Assembly (NCBI RefSeq): GCF_009914755.1
Contig: NC_060929.1
Length of the DNA stretch: 64,000 bases
Source: the human T2T-CHM13v2.0 reference genome, Homo sapiens
Strand: one strand, 5' to 3'
Positions within the stretch are counted from its first letter, which is position 1. Each line of letters begins with the position of its first letter. The notes under the pieces were generated by a model. It was not told the origin of the DNA. It made no database searches and was given only the letters and a program-made list of their open reading frames with translations. Positions 43,976 through 59,390 of the stretch are shown piece by piece. The translations under genes were made by a program, and so were the position numbers.

Positions 43976-44457
43976 TGTAGCAGGACGAGCCACAGACAAA
44001 ACCTCTCAGACACTGAGTTGTAGAAGGAAGGGCTTCATTCAGCTGGGAGCATCGGCAAGCTACTGTCTCAAAATCCGAGCTCCCTGAATGCACAATTTCT
44101 GTCCCTTTTAAGGGCTCACAACACTAAAGATTTCACATGAAAAGGTCATGATTGATTTGAGCAAGCAGGTGGTACGTGACAGGGGCTGTATGCACTGGTG
44201 GTCATAGAGAAACAGAACAGGGCAGGGAGTTTCACAATGCTCTTCTATACGATGTCTGGAATCTATGAATAACATCGGTTTCTAAGTTATGAGTTGATTT
44301 TTAACTACTGGGTTTAGGCCAGGCAGGCCCAGGCCTGGTTTCAGGCCTGGCACCGGGCTGCCTGTCTTTGGTTTTACTTCCTTGATGTTTTTTCTTAAAA
44401 CAGGTACTGAGTATAAAACAATATAAAACAATATGAGAGGGTCTCTCTCTTCCCTCA
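43976..44457 (-). repeat. 3' LTR (LTR2B-like)
   Basis: Minus strand begins TGAGGGAAGAGAGAGACCCTCTCATATTG; preceded by PPT AAAGGGGGGAAA (44458-44469). Confidence 0.92.
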
Positions 44458-44486
44458 TTTCCCCCCTTTGAGACTCTCACTTTTTA

Positions 44487-44930
44487 TTAGTGGGAGTTCT
44501 CACTCTTATTTTTGCTACTTAGGCCTTTTTGTGCAATAGATTGATAGTGACTTATATAGTATGCTTGTGCTGAAGCATTTTGGTGAACTAAGGTAGCAAC
44601 GAAGTTTTTTATCATTTGGAGAAATACAGGTATCTGACAAGAGAGCAGTAACCAGGTTCCTATTACTATTATTACTTTTATTATAAGAGTTTTAAATTCT
44701 CCTATTGCTGGGAACCAGTTTCCAAACATGGCTCCCGGATTGAGTCCATGCCACACTTGTACGGATACATGTGCCAGCCTTGTTATATCTTTAACTATAT
44801 CCTCAACTACTTGCCCCTGATCATCTATGTGTAGACAACAATTAGTAAGGTTAAATTTTTCACAAACTCCTCTTTCAGCTGCCAGCAAGTAGTCAAGAGC
44901 TAGTCTATTTTGACAGATAGCATTTCTCAT
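44487..44930 (-). pseudogene. env: env TM subunit remnant, open 147-codon frame
   Basis: [17 protein letters not shown] immunosuppressive domain, C-X7-CC motif, hydrophobic span [15 protein letters not shown]; ERV3/HERV-E-like. Confidence 0.9.
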
Positions 44931-46545
44931 CAGAGTCTCTTGCCTGGCAAGAGAACAGTCAAGGCTTGACCGGTTTTATTAGTAATAGTTTTTAAAACAG
45001 CTTGGAACCATATGATTCAGCTGAGCATGTAGATGGAGGTTCGATATCCCCATGAGCCATCTTGTGCCCAAGTGGCAGGTCCATAGTATTATATGATTTT
45101 TTCAGGGGGCCATTCATCATCTTTCCAATCACCTAAGGCTATGCTTCGTTTTTCGCAGGAAGCATAGACTGGGAAGCCAGAAGTTTACCTGTTTTTATAG
45201 GCAGTAAGAAGAAAGATGGTTTAATGGTGCCAATTACGCAGCTACCTGTCCACTGATCAGGCAGCTTAGCATAAGCTCTGTGTCCACATATCCAGTATAA
45301 CCTGGTGGGGGCCGTTCCAGTCCCAGTGGAATTCTGGGTGGGCCCAAACAGTCTGCAACTTTGGAAATTTACTGAATGGATTTCTTTCTGTGTAATTGGA
45401 ACTCCACCATGTAACTGTTTTTGTGGTACCATTATATAGCTTTTGCCCAAGACAACTAAGCCACCCTACAGGATGAGTGAATCCTTTTCCTTCTCTAGCT
45501 ATGCAATACTGTCCAATAATTGAGACTTTTAGAACCCAAAAATTGTCAGGGTGGTTCTTTTGGGCTGGGAATTCATCAGGAACTGGGTCTGTAGGAACCA
45601 ATTCTTGGGCTTCCCATGGCCACTGATCTCCTGTTACAGTTCCTCCACAAACATAACGTGAGGTGACTTGTAGAGATTGGGCTACATGTTCGGCTAATTG
45701 CAAAAACAAATTTCTGGTTTTTCCTGGAGTCTCTGGTACTGGCACATTTAGTTTATCATAGAAAGTCTGAAATACTGGTTCTGGAGAGCGTTTCTGAACC
45801 TCTCCTTTTATTAGGATGCTTAAACTAGGATCTAGTCCTTTTCCATCAATGCCTAATGTTATATATTTTCCTTTATTTCACTTTGGGTCTGAGGGGTTTG
45901 TGATTACCAATTCTAAAAGGTTGAAGCTCCCACTCGTGCAGGAGGGGCTGACTTTTCCTTTTTGGAGCCAAATAGGATCTTTTTTATCTTCTTTTCAAGT
46001 AGCCCAGATGACACAAGACCAGTATTGACACATCTTACATAAATATGATTCTTGACAGATATACTTATTTTTTTTTACTGTGTCACTTTTTTAATCAATT
46101 TAGAGAACCACATCCTATTCCATGCTGCTTACTATCAATAGCAGCACAAGCATCAAATTTTAAGGTTACCTTTTTGGGGACCCCTCTTTCTTCTGTTCCA
46201 GCTATTACCTTACTTGTGTCACCTAGAAAAGGACCAGTCCTTAATTTTATTTTAAAAACTGTGATCATGGGAGGCTTAAAATGGGTCCTAACACGCAACA
46301 GGTTGGTTATTTCCTGGGCTACATATCTTGGATAGAATAGCATTATACAAACAAGTTTCTTTTAGAGTCCTGGTACACTTACAATAACCATAAAATAATA
46401 GGACTGTAGCAATCTTTTGTCCTACCTCAGTGACTTGATGTATATACTGGAAACAGTTCTCAGTCTGAGGAAGGTGAGTTGAAGTCCTTACTGTACAAGT
46501 CCAAATTTTAGGGAAAATGAGTCCCATGATGAGTTTTCTCATGTT
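44931..46545 (-). pseudogene. env: env SU region, frameshifted
   Basis: Fragments in different frames (NLFLQLAEHVAQSLQVT..VCGG; [34 protein letters not shown]; TLKFDACAAI) resemble ERV3/HERV-E SU. Confidence 0.8.
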
Positions 46546-46672
46546 TCGGCCGTGTGTGGACCAGTAGGCTTCCCGGTGTGACTGGAGCAGGGCTTGCAGT
46601 TTTCTTCAGAGTCACTTTGCAGGGGTTGGCGAAGCTGCTCCCATCCACTTACAGCTCCCAGTCTACTGATGT

Positions 46673-47165
46673 TTAAGGATGGTCTTGGAGGTTGGGCCTA
46701 CTAGAATAAACTGAGTCTAATACTTCTACACAGTTATGTTTAACTGGGCTGTCTGATACTCGGAGCAAGGTGGCAGGGTTTAGGGTGTTGCAAACTTCAA
46801 CAGTTATGCGGGGATTTTTACAGAGCAAGCTTTGGTATCTAGTTAGTCTAGCATTCATTAGCTAATGGTGTCCTTTGGTATTTATTAAAATCACCACAGC
46901 ATGGGGGGACTTTATGTTTAGGTTTTGTCTAAGAGTTAGCTTATCTGCTTCTTGTGTTAACAGGGCCATTGCTACCAGGGCCCTTGGACATGGGGGCCAG
47001 CCTTTGGAAACCCCATCTAGTTGTTTTGAGAGATAGGCCACTGGCCTTGGCCAGGGCCCTACAGTCTGGTTTAAAACTCCAACTGCCATTTTTTCTCTTT
47101 TTGACACATAGAGTGTAAAGAGTTTTGTCAGGTCAGGTAGCCTCAGGGCTGGGGCTGACATGAGT
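46673..47165 (-). pseudogene. pol: pol fragment (RT connection/tether region)
   Basis: APALRLPDLTKLFTLYV...GPWPRPVAYLSKQLDGVSKGWPPC and TLNPATLL...HNCVEVLD are gammaretroviral pol motifs. Confidence 0.88.
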
Positions 47166-47688
47166 TTTTCTTTTTAATTCATGAAAAGCTCATTGCTGTT
47201 GGTTGTAATAGATGTAGTTTATCTAATCTACATTTTTATTGACTGTCATCTACCAAAATATTGACTTAAATCTTGTAACTGTTTGATTTCAAGCTTTAAA
47301 TTGATCTGGTATTCCTTGTGGGGCTCCAATTGCATCTAAATAGATATGAGGGTTGAAAGACCTATAAGGGGCTTCTCTCGCTTTACAATGTCTTATTTTT
47401 TTTTCCTTCCTCTGGTTGATGAAATGCCAGGGTGAAGGGATAGCCAAATGGACTAAAGCACAAGTGCCACTCTAGTTATTTGGCAGAGTGCCCAGTAAAG
47501 GTCCACCACAATACCACAACACACCCGCTCGGGGATGAACAAGGGCTGACTGACTGATAAGCTCTTGAAAATTCTTAAGCTCACTGCATCCCTTCAGGTC
47601 TCCAAGGAATGCTAAGTCTCCTCCCTGCCATGAGAGACACTAAGTGAACTTAGTGTTGGGAGACGGAAGCTGGATGGCCCTTGGGGGC

Positions 47689-47946
47689 TTACCCGCAGGG
47701 ACTTCGGGATACAACAGAGACAGCTTGGCATGACTTATTACTCCAGGCTGTAGAATCCTGGAAAAGAGCTACCATGCAGCCCATGCCTGGTTGACTGAAG
47801 GACCACCTTAGTGGAAGGGGGACAATCAGGGCCTCTGGACTGCCATGTGCACAAGCATAACAATTGCTTTTGTTTAACGTGCAGATGGAATATTTGATCC
47901 ATTTCAACCAGGCATTTGCATCTTGGTATGCTGTCTTAATTGCCAA
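47689..47946 (-). pseudogene. Second, unrelated env-like fragment (MER4/MER57-int-like) upstream of pol
   Basis: YQDANAWLKWIKYS..TLNKSNCYACAHG contains an SU-type CxxC motif and is out of normal gag-pol-env order. Confidence 0.55.
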
Positions 47947-49500
47947 AGTTTTTTTAAAGTCTTTAACTTTTATGATCTTCTAGTAAAATGAATGTTTCCT
48001 TTAGCACCAATTTTTATTAGTTTTTAGACCAAAGAGAGCTAAACACCATTTTATATTTAATAATGCTTCTTGTATGATTTTTATACCAGATAAGCTAAAT
48101 TTTACCTTTATATTAGTGAGCTATTAAAGTTAAACAATTTTAGTAAAACCTTGTAGACATATTTATCCAATTTTTTTTATGTTTGACCATAAGGTAAGAT
48201 TTTATAGACTCTTTTTAACCTTTTGTAACTTTTGTTAAAGAGCAGGTTGATGCTTTCAGAAAAACCTGTTGCATTTTTACTTTAATGTCCAGTTCACAGA
48301 AAAACTGGATGATACCTTTTTAACTTTAGTTAATATGTTTACACACAGAATTTTTTTTTACAATTAACATTTTAAAACTTGCTTAAACTTTTAAAACAAT
48401 TTTTTTAACCTTTTAATGTAGGTAAAAATCTACATTCTTATGCCCCTTTATAATCTTTTTACCAAAGGTATATTTTATTTTTCTTATACACCTTGCACAT
48501 AAACTATTTTTTAATAGTACTCGGGAGGCCTTATTACTTTTAAATTATACAACATTTTTCGCATAAATTTTTTTATAATTTTTTTTCATGACTTTGGCCA
48601 ACAGTTCTTCAACATGTCTCAACTTTCTGACTTACTACAAACATTTTCTTTTTAAACAACCAGTTAATTTATTTCAGGACAAGAATTTACCATATAACAC
48701 TCCTTTTACATAAATTCTGCCTCCCATTTTTTTTTTTTTTTTTTTGGAACATAACCATTCCTTTTTTTAAAGGGAACTTTTTTTATGTCTTTGGACTAGA
48801 CTGTCTAAGGCCACAAGATTAGAAGTTACCATAATACATGCTACACTGCTAACCTTTAGCAAACTTCACTTTTGTTGAAAACCTTGTAAGTTTGGGATTT
48901 CAATTATCCTTTGCTATTAATAAGACCTTGTTTAGTCTAAATTAACTTAGAATTGGTATAGATGGCCTTTTTTTCTCTCTGCTGGTCTTTCCTTGCCTTT
49001 GCCAGCCGCTTATGCTGCTGTTCTTTTAACTACTGTGGGGGGAAAGGGGGTCTAAAACCAGCTGTAACTGTCTATTTATAGAAACTGGTCTGGGTGCCTT
49101 GGCTTACGGGTTACCTTGTGTCATACCTTTGAAACAACGGACCTGTCCAGGCTTCCTTTTGATGGCCAACCCACCTCTAATGCTGGCCAGTCTATTTCAC
49201 ACAAAGTTCTAAGTTTTCCTGGTGTCACAGTAACACCGTACTCTCCCTTAAATTTTCTTGAAATTTTTTTTTAACATAGTTCCTAGTGGAGTGGGCTTAT
49301 TTGTGCCTGACCCATGCTTCTTCAAGACAAAACACCACGCTCACACCACACAAACTCACCACAAGACAAAGAATGGGTAAAGAGGGCACATGCACACTTC
49401 TACCATTTATACCAAACCAAAATCACAAAATTCAAAATCCAAGTACCAAAAAATTCAAGCCAAGTCAAAACCAGAACCAAAGTATCCAGCAATTCAAGTC

Positions 49501-49718
49501 AAGTCAAAACCAGAACAAAAGTGCCAATACAGGCACACCATGGGTGATCAGGCCACGCTTCCACTCAGATGGAGTGGGGCAAGTTCCAAAGTCTAGTCTT
49601 ACCAAGTCAAGCCAAGTCAAAACCAGAACAAAAGTGCCAATACAGGCACACCGTGGGTGATCAGGCCACACTTCCACTCCGATGGAGTGGGGCAAGTTCC
49701 AAAGACTAGTCTTACCAA
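49501..49718 (-). repeat. 113-bp tandem duplication in the proviral leader
   Basis: 'aagtcaaaaccagaacaaaagtgccaatacagg...ctagtcttaccaa' starts at 49501 and at 49614. Confidence 0.92.
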
Positions 49719-49957
49719 CTTTCAGATGTCCGGACTCCAAGTCCCAGTTCCTTCCGGGTATTCAGCCGCTGTGTTAATCCTCCACAGGGGCCTGTTATGT
49801 GCTGCTCTGGCAAGGCGTTCCACCAGGGCAATTGCCTACCCAGGAGCGCTCTTTGGATCGTGCCTCTCAGGCTGGCTGGAGTCCCCTGCAGGGACACTCC
49901 ACAGGGCAGGCTTAAGCCGCCTAAGGGGCTGCCTCGGCCGTCTGTCAGTCACCTCAC

Positions 49958-49975
49958 TTCCCGGTCAGGGAACCA
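49958..49975 (-). promoter_or_regulatory. Primer-binding site for tRNA-Glu
   Basis: Minus strand TGGTTCCCTGACCGGGAA, complementary to the tRNA-Glu(CTC) 3' end, 5 nt from the 5' LTR. Confidence 0.92.
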
Positions 49976-49980
49976 AGAAA

Positions 49981-50788
<808 letters not shown>

Positions 50789-51550
50789 GTACCACTCCTT
50801 AACCAGCACCTTTTCTGTCAGGTGTCTTCTCTAGGCCTGGTTAGTCTTCTGCATCCATAAAGGGCTTGATCACATGTTACCCTTTCTAAAAGTCTCACCT
50901 CATATTTTGAGTTTACTTTCATCTTTCCTTTTCCACTTCTCTCAGCTTTAATGAGATAGTGCCTCACATTGTGATTAACTGTTGCTGATTAAGTAAAAAA
51001 AACAAGAAGATGAGTTTGATGAGAGAGAAAATGCTAGATATAGAGAAAAGAAAACAGTGAGCCAAGCTAGGAATTAGAAATATTCCCAAGCAACAAAACA
51101 GAGCAATTGGGACAAACACAAGTATCAATGTATATTTCTACAGTTATATAAGCTTGTGATACTATGCAGTTAAGTAATGTTTATAATTCTTTCCAGCTTA
51201 TTTACAGTGAAAGATATGGACACTATGAAATCAGAATAGTTTAAAATCTAGATTTCCTTTTACTCTTTCTGTTGATTTTAAATATTGCTAACCAATTCTT
51301 TCACCCACACACCCATAATGTTTTTGGCCCTAGCAACCTAGATTTCCTTCTTGCATTAAGGTTATACCACTTGGATGTTTTGAAGTAAGAGACCTATCTG
51401 GGATTACAAAATTGTGAGCAAAGCACTCAGGTACTGTTCGCCATGTAGACAACAAAAACTAGGAGCCAAAAACAAAAACAGCCTCTTCTTACCGCTGAAG
51501 TAAAGTTGTTTTTATAATCCATATAGACTTGGTTTAAAAGTACTATTTTC

Positions 51551-51848
51551 GGCCGAGCGAGGTGGCTCACTCCTGTAATCCCAGCACTTTGGGAGGCCGA
51601 GGCGGGCAGATCATGAGGTCAGGAGATCGAGACCATCTTGGCTAACATGGTGAAACCCCGTCTCTACTAAAAATACAAAAAATTAGCCAGGCGTGGTGGC
51701 GGGCGCTTGTTATCCCAGCTACTCAGGAGGCTGAGGCAGGAGAATGGCATGAACCCAGGAGGTGGAGCTTGCAGTGAGCCGAGATAGCACCACTGCAGTC
51801 CGGCCTGGGCGAAAGAGCGAGACTCCATCTCAAAAAAAAAAAAAAAAA
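51551..51848 (+). mobile_element. AluY (Ye/Yk-like variant)
   Basis: 'gagatagc...cactgcagtccggcctgggcgaaagagcg'; perfect TSD aaaagtactattttc. Confidence 0.92.
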
Positions 51849-53091
51849 GTACTATTTTCACGCATCACATTGTCTCATGATATGGACAATAGAATATCCT
51901 TGGGTCACAAAGAATTAGTTTACCGTCTTTTTTAGGTAAACTTAGTACCTATAAAAGAACACAAGGGAAAATTTCTGATGCTAAAACATGACAAATTAAA
52001 GACATAATCCAAAAAAAATTTTCCTTGTTAAAAAAAAATTGTAATAAAGCCTGAGAATGCAGTTTGAATGCATTCACCACATTCCATGAGAAATCAATAG
52101 AGGCCCATATCAAAGCACATCATGAAGAATATTTGGTTTACTGGGATAAAGAAAACATTTTAAAAGCACCAGGAGAAGCAAGAAAACAGGTTACCTACAA
52201 ATAATAAAAACTGGACTGGCCCAATATTTAACAACCAATTGTATTCTGAAAGAAAAATTCAGTGAGCTAATAATTTGGCATCCTAATCACTTGTCTTTCA
52301 TGCATAAAGGCAACATAAAGTATGCTCAGATGCATAAAACCAGAGTCTTACCTGAGGATACACTCAAGCCAATTGAAAGAAAAATCAAAGTGAGGAACTA
52401 AATTGAGAAAGACATGAAATAAAATTGATTTCCATACTCAATTTGTATCCAACTTTGGGAATCCAGTTTGATTATGGACTACATTAAAGAATGAAACGTC
52501 ACCCTATAGTGCCTCCCTCAAATGTTTCTCTTCTGTTTTTCTCTCTTCATTCCAGAAAATATGTTTATTCAGCCTTCTCAAAAATGCAGGGAAATAGGCC
52601 GGAAATTATAAATCATCCTCCCCAAAATTGTACAGCAATTCACAGCAAAGAGAATAACATTAAACACTTAAATAATTTGCTAACCTAATGAACTTATTAT
52701 CCTCCAAAAGGAAATAGAAACCACAATTCTAGCACCAAGGATTTTTTTAAAAATATAAATAATGTAAAAGTTAGAAATGTAATGGAAAATCACTAATTAT
52801 TATCCAAAGCAGAAATTATAGGGCCTGGAAGAAATGTGTTATATCTCTTGAAACCTCTAATATTCATTTACATATCCATTTTACATATCCATTTAAGCAG
52901 GAAAAAGATCTATTACCAAAATTATTGAACTTCGGATGCTGGCCACAAGCACTCAATTTGGGAACTTCTGTTGTTATTCAACATGAAGCTACCCTATATA
53001 ATTGGAAAGCATTGTAGTATAGAAAATACTTCTCATCTGTGGGGAAAATATAATTTATTTGCAATTGTACTGTTCCTTTCACTAATTTTAA

Positions 53092-53640
<549 letters not shown>

Positions 53641-53964
53641 TCTCTTGCCCTTTTAAGAAAGGTACTGCCTGGTACAATAATGCCCATGATGAGAAGAGTA
53701 AGAAGATTGAATTATCTTGAAACCCTCTCAACAAGGGGGAGGAATCCAAGCACCTCCTTGCACTGCTCACAGGGACCAAGAATCGTATAGGAGGGACCAA
53801 GAATCATATAAGAAGGACCAACAAAAGAGGCTGTAGCTGTCCCAATGAATAGACATTTATAACAACGAAGAGTGCTTACAGAGAAAATCTGTTCTGCTCC
53901 AAAGCCAAGACTTTAAACCCTAACTACATTTGTATCAAAAACTTAATGGAAAAATTCACATAAT

Positions 53965-54170
53965 ATGGCAAAATGTAAGCTTTAGAATCAGAAAGACCTG
54001 AATTTAAATCCTCAATATCTATGTCTGGTATATAATTTGGGCAAATTATGTTTTGCTTATTACCCTGTTTGCTCATTAGCAAAATGAGGATAATAATACC
54101 TGCCTTATAGAGTGCTTGTGAAGTTTTGAGTAAATACAGGTAAACCATGTGGTTATTCTATGAATATTAT
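53965..54170 (+). mobile_element. MIR SINE
   Basis: 'gctttagaatcagaaagacctgaatttaaatcc...aaaatgaggataataatacctgcc'. Confidence 0.65.
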
Positions 54171-54333
54171 TAATGATGTCCTCAGATTCACTTAGAAAGA
54201 AGAAGAAATTAAGGGGCTTATTATCTGAAGTACATAACAATATAAACCAGTAAACATTTATTATAGACCTGCTATGTGTCCTTCAAGATTCTGGATGCCA
54301 TAGAGTATGTGAATGTTATATTTGCCACATTAA

Positions 54334-54651
<318 letters not shown>

Positions 54652-56097
54652 AAATAAAACATTTCTGAGGATGATAAACTAAACTACAAGCACTAGAAAA
54701 AGTGAAAAGGTGAGATCTCTATAGAAGGTAGGGACAAGAAGTAAAAAATAGGAGCTGAGCCTTAAAGAATGAGCAGATGAGAGAAAAACACAAGAGAGGA
54801 TAGAGCAATACACAGAGGGAATCAGGGGTGTAGGGTGTGTATGGATGTGAGAGATACAGAGAGAGAAAAAGGACCATATCTTGGGTTCCCAATGAATGCC
54901 AGTACTGCATTAATTGCTTCACATAGTAATCACATTTAATCATCAGAATAACTCTGCAAGGTATTATTCCATTTTACAGAGAAGGAAACTGAAGATCAGA
55001 GAAGTTAGAATGCAGAGCTTTTAGTGACATAGTCAGGATTTGAAAGGAGGTCTGCCTCATCCGATACTTTAATTCTTTTCAATACCATGTTTGTCAAAGT
55101 AAAGATAAACATGATCAGACTGGAATGCAGTGATTCTGTTGAGTAAAAAGTGCTTTTACGTTCAGAAGCCTCTGAATGTCCATTTTGTGACAAGATTCTG
55201 AAATTTCTTTCATTCCAAAATTGAGGTAAATGTCCCATTGCCCACTCTCTTTAATGTGTAGGAATTTAGCTCTTTTCCCTATAGGCAAAACTTGCAAAAC
55301 TTTCAGTAACCCCTGGAAAGCCTACAATTCCCATCACATACAAAATTCCCTTCCCACCTACCTCCAAACCCCAGTAAACTCTATTTCTCACTCCAGGAGG
55401 AATTGATTTTCATTGGTATTCATTTGAAGTAGGGAAGGTCATGATTTAGAACATTGAAAATGTGTTGTCTAAAGAGCATAGTTTGTATCTTGCTTCAGAG
55501 AGATCTTTAAAGATGCCTTGGCTTAGCTGACTTTTCTTACCCTCCTGGTCCAAGAAACATCCTCCAGGGAGAAAGTCAATTTCAAATCTGCACACTGCAG
55601 AGGCTATGGGGCAGTCAATTGCAGAATGCAGATCAGCCTGTGTCTTCTCTTTTGAGATAAACAGAATCTGGGAAGAGTGTTGAAGGAAAAGTTTTTGAGC
55701 AATCCTCATAGCAAGGGTGTCAGGTTTTAGGGAGATTTCTTTATTGTGTGGCAAATACAGAATTTACTAACTTGCCTGCACCATTCTATTATGCAACCAG
55801 GAAACAAGGCTCCATGCGAGTCTAAAAAACCAGCATGTTTCCATTTGAAAGCCAGCCTGACTGTAGCCTAGATCCCTACTAACAGAATGTACTTTTTAGT
55901 TCCCAGGTGCTCCCCAAGCTTTGAATGTGATATGTAAACCTTCTCAATTAGTCTATTCATTAAACAGTTTTTTATTGCAAAAGTGTGTCCGTGACAGGAG
56001 GTATGTTTTTTAAATGGTGTGTATGGAGAAATTAATTATTCTGCAGTTTCCTGAGAAAGAATGCAGTAGAATCTGGACGTGTTTAAAGCATACTTAA

Positions 56098-56533
<436 letters not shown>

Positions 56534-57160
56534 TAAAATTGTCTGAAGATAATAAAGACTATACTCGAGGGAGCAAATGTTAGGCCAACCTTTGCTGTCA
56601 CTAATGCTGGCCAGGACCATGAATATTCATGCAGAATACTTTTCTAAAAATCACATGGAGTGAATAGCACTTCTTTTTCCTTTCCCCAACATTTTCCCAC
56701 TCTGACTAGAATAATTCAAAACTTTGAGCTGGGCATCAACAAGATTACAGACATTTGTATGTTTCTATTGCAATAAGTGGCCAAGTTTGAAGCTTACAGG
56801 ACCTCCTTTCTAAGTAAAGGTGCTGGAGAAGCAAGAAGCTTTCCTGACCTGAGCTCCACTCAAGTGGTGAACAAATAAAGGTGATCCAAGAAGTGAAAGA
56901 CCAAAAGCCATAGATCGAAGACACTAAAAGAAGAATAAACCTCTAGCCTTGGAAAAACAGTGCTATTTATTAAACACATGTACCAGGCATATTTGTTTTG
57001 CAAACATTAGTTTAATCTTCACAACTACATGAGGGTAGCATCATTATCATCCATCTTTCATAATTGAGGAAAGTGAGGCACAGTTAGTAAGTAGTAGAGC
57101 CAGGGTTTGCACCAGGCAGTCTTGACTCCAGAGACTGCATTCTTAGCCACTATGCAAGCT

Positions 57161-57688
57161 GTGTTACTCACGGTTCTCCAGAAACACAACCAATCGGTTA
57201 TATACTGGTATATGAAATACATTTACTATGAGGGATTGGTGATTATGGATGATTATGATTATGTGATTATGGATTACATGACTATGGAGACTGAGAAATC
57301 CCATGATCTGCAGGCTGGAGGCCCAGGAAAGCCAGTGGTACAGTTTCAGTTCAAGCCCAAAATCCTGCAAGCCAGTAGAGGCAATGGCGTTAAGTCCTGG
57401 TCCAAGTCCAAAGGCTTGAGAACCAGGTGTGCTAATGTCCAAGGGCAGGAAAATAGGGAGGGCCCAGCTAAGCATTCACCTTTCCTCTGCCTTTTTGTTC
57501 TTTTCGGCTCCTCAACAGGTCGAATGATACCCAACCACACTGGTGAGAGTAATCTTTACTCAGTCTAACGATTGAAATGCTAATCTCTTCCAGAAACACC
57601 CTCACAGACACACCCAGAAATAATGTTTTGCAAACTATCTGGGCATCACTTAGCCCAGCCAAGTTGAAACATAAAATGAACTTTCACT
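57161..57688 (-). mobile_element. MLT2 (B/C/D-like) ERVL solo LTR
   Basis: 'ggttctccagaaacacaaccaat'...'gaaacaccctcacagacacacccagaaataatg...cccagccaagttgaaacataaaat'. Confidence 0.85.
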
Positions 57689-58234
57689 CAAGCTCATCTC
57701 TTTCTATTACTTTCTAGACTCTAGGCCCCATGAGATCAAAGACTGTATCCATTTTCTTCATTTGTGTGTCTCCAAAATCCTGGAACACTGTCTGGCAAAT
57801 ATTAGGTGCCCAATGAATGTTTCATTATTTAATTATATAAGTATATGATGAAAACATGAATAAATGGAATTCCCAATCTAGCTTTCCCCCCTTGATCTTC
57901 AAATATATTGGGTATAGAAAACAGGCCATTCTTAGGTGCATGAAAGGCACTATCTAGTGAAAAATCCCTGCCCTAGCTGTTTTTCTAATGTGGACCCAGA
58001 GAATGGACATATACAATAGAAATACCCTCCTCACCCCACCCTCATGGACATTTTTTTCTGTTTTATATATAACCCTGACTAGCCTCTACTGTGTAATTTC
58101 CTGACACCATTTTTTTGTAGCATTTAACTAAACTGAATTTTAGGGCAATGAAAAGATAACAATTTTGCCTCTTCACATTTATCCATTGTCTCTCAGTGTG
58201 AGATCCATGGAAATTCTGCTTCAGAACCAACTGA

Positions 58235-58642
<408 letters not shown>

Positions 58643-59149
58643 CTTAACCAGCTTTCTATGTGATTATTATACAGACTTGTTTTTGGCAAACACAAGAAGA
58701 GATTATCAAATCTCTTCCTCCACAAAAAAGGTTATAAACTCCTTTTTTAAAAAGCCCCTAACACTGGGCACCTGTATTTCAGAGATTAGCCTGTTTCCCC
58801 TGATGCTGAACCTGTTTACCCTCTCCCAACGTCTGATGTCTCCAGTTTCTACCCTGCTGCCTCCCACTTGTTTTCAAATTCTGCCCAACTCCCTTAGGGT
58901 AATCCTTTGGCTGAACTGTGTGTCTGACTTGACTTCAGCTTCTCTCCTAGATGTTTGCTGTGTGGACTTCATTGGTGGTCCCTAAGCAGTACTGTCCCAT
59001 ACTATACCTGGCTTTGACTCATGGAACCACAGGCCTATCCAACTCCTGGCCCCCATTTCTAGGGTAAGAATTTTAACATCAGTGAACTAATCCATATCAC
59101 TTGGGAAGCATCCTTTCTCCCAAATATTGCTATTCAAAAGAAAGATATC

Positions 59150-59390
59150 ACAGGGCTTAAGAATACAGATTCTAAAGTCAGAATCTACATCTCAGCTTGA
59201 CTGCTTAGTAGCTGTGACATTGAGCAAGTTATTTTTCTTCTCTGCTCCCAGTTTCTCCATTCACAATAGTATCTCCTTCATAGGATGGTTGTAAGGATCA
59301 AATACACACGTGTAGAGCACTGAAACAGTGTCTGGCCCACAGTAAATGCTCAATAGGTGTTAGTTGCTGCTGCTGCTGTTGCTATTATTT
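59150..59390 (+). mobile_element. MIR SINE
   Basis: 'tagctgtgacattgagcaagttat...cagtttctcc...ggttgtaaggatcaaat...cacagtaaatgctcaata'. Confidence 0.75.

Noticed and set aside
49286-49660. Repetitive ORFs (SSQVKTRTKVPIQAH repeats)
   Set aside because: By-product of the leader tandem repeats on the antisense strand of the provirus
49441-49718. CRISPR-like repeat appearance
   Set aside because: Whole units are duplicated with no unique spacers, in a eukaryotic retroviral context
49958-49975. tRNA-Glu gene
   Set aside because: Only the 18-nt 3' end including CCA is present; it is the retroviral PBS
53771-53821. 21-bp imperfect tandem repeat; similar small duplications at 6621, 37592, 52869 and 63278
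   Set aside because: Ordinary slippage duplications with no further structure
55446-55754. 102-aa minus-strand ORF
   Set aside because: Non-ATG start, no recognised homology, no clear exon boundaries
57107-57568. 153-aa ORF with YDY-type repeats
   Set aside because: Lies in MIR/MLT2 sequence; the repeats come from a (gattat)n-like micro-expansion
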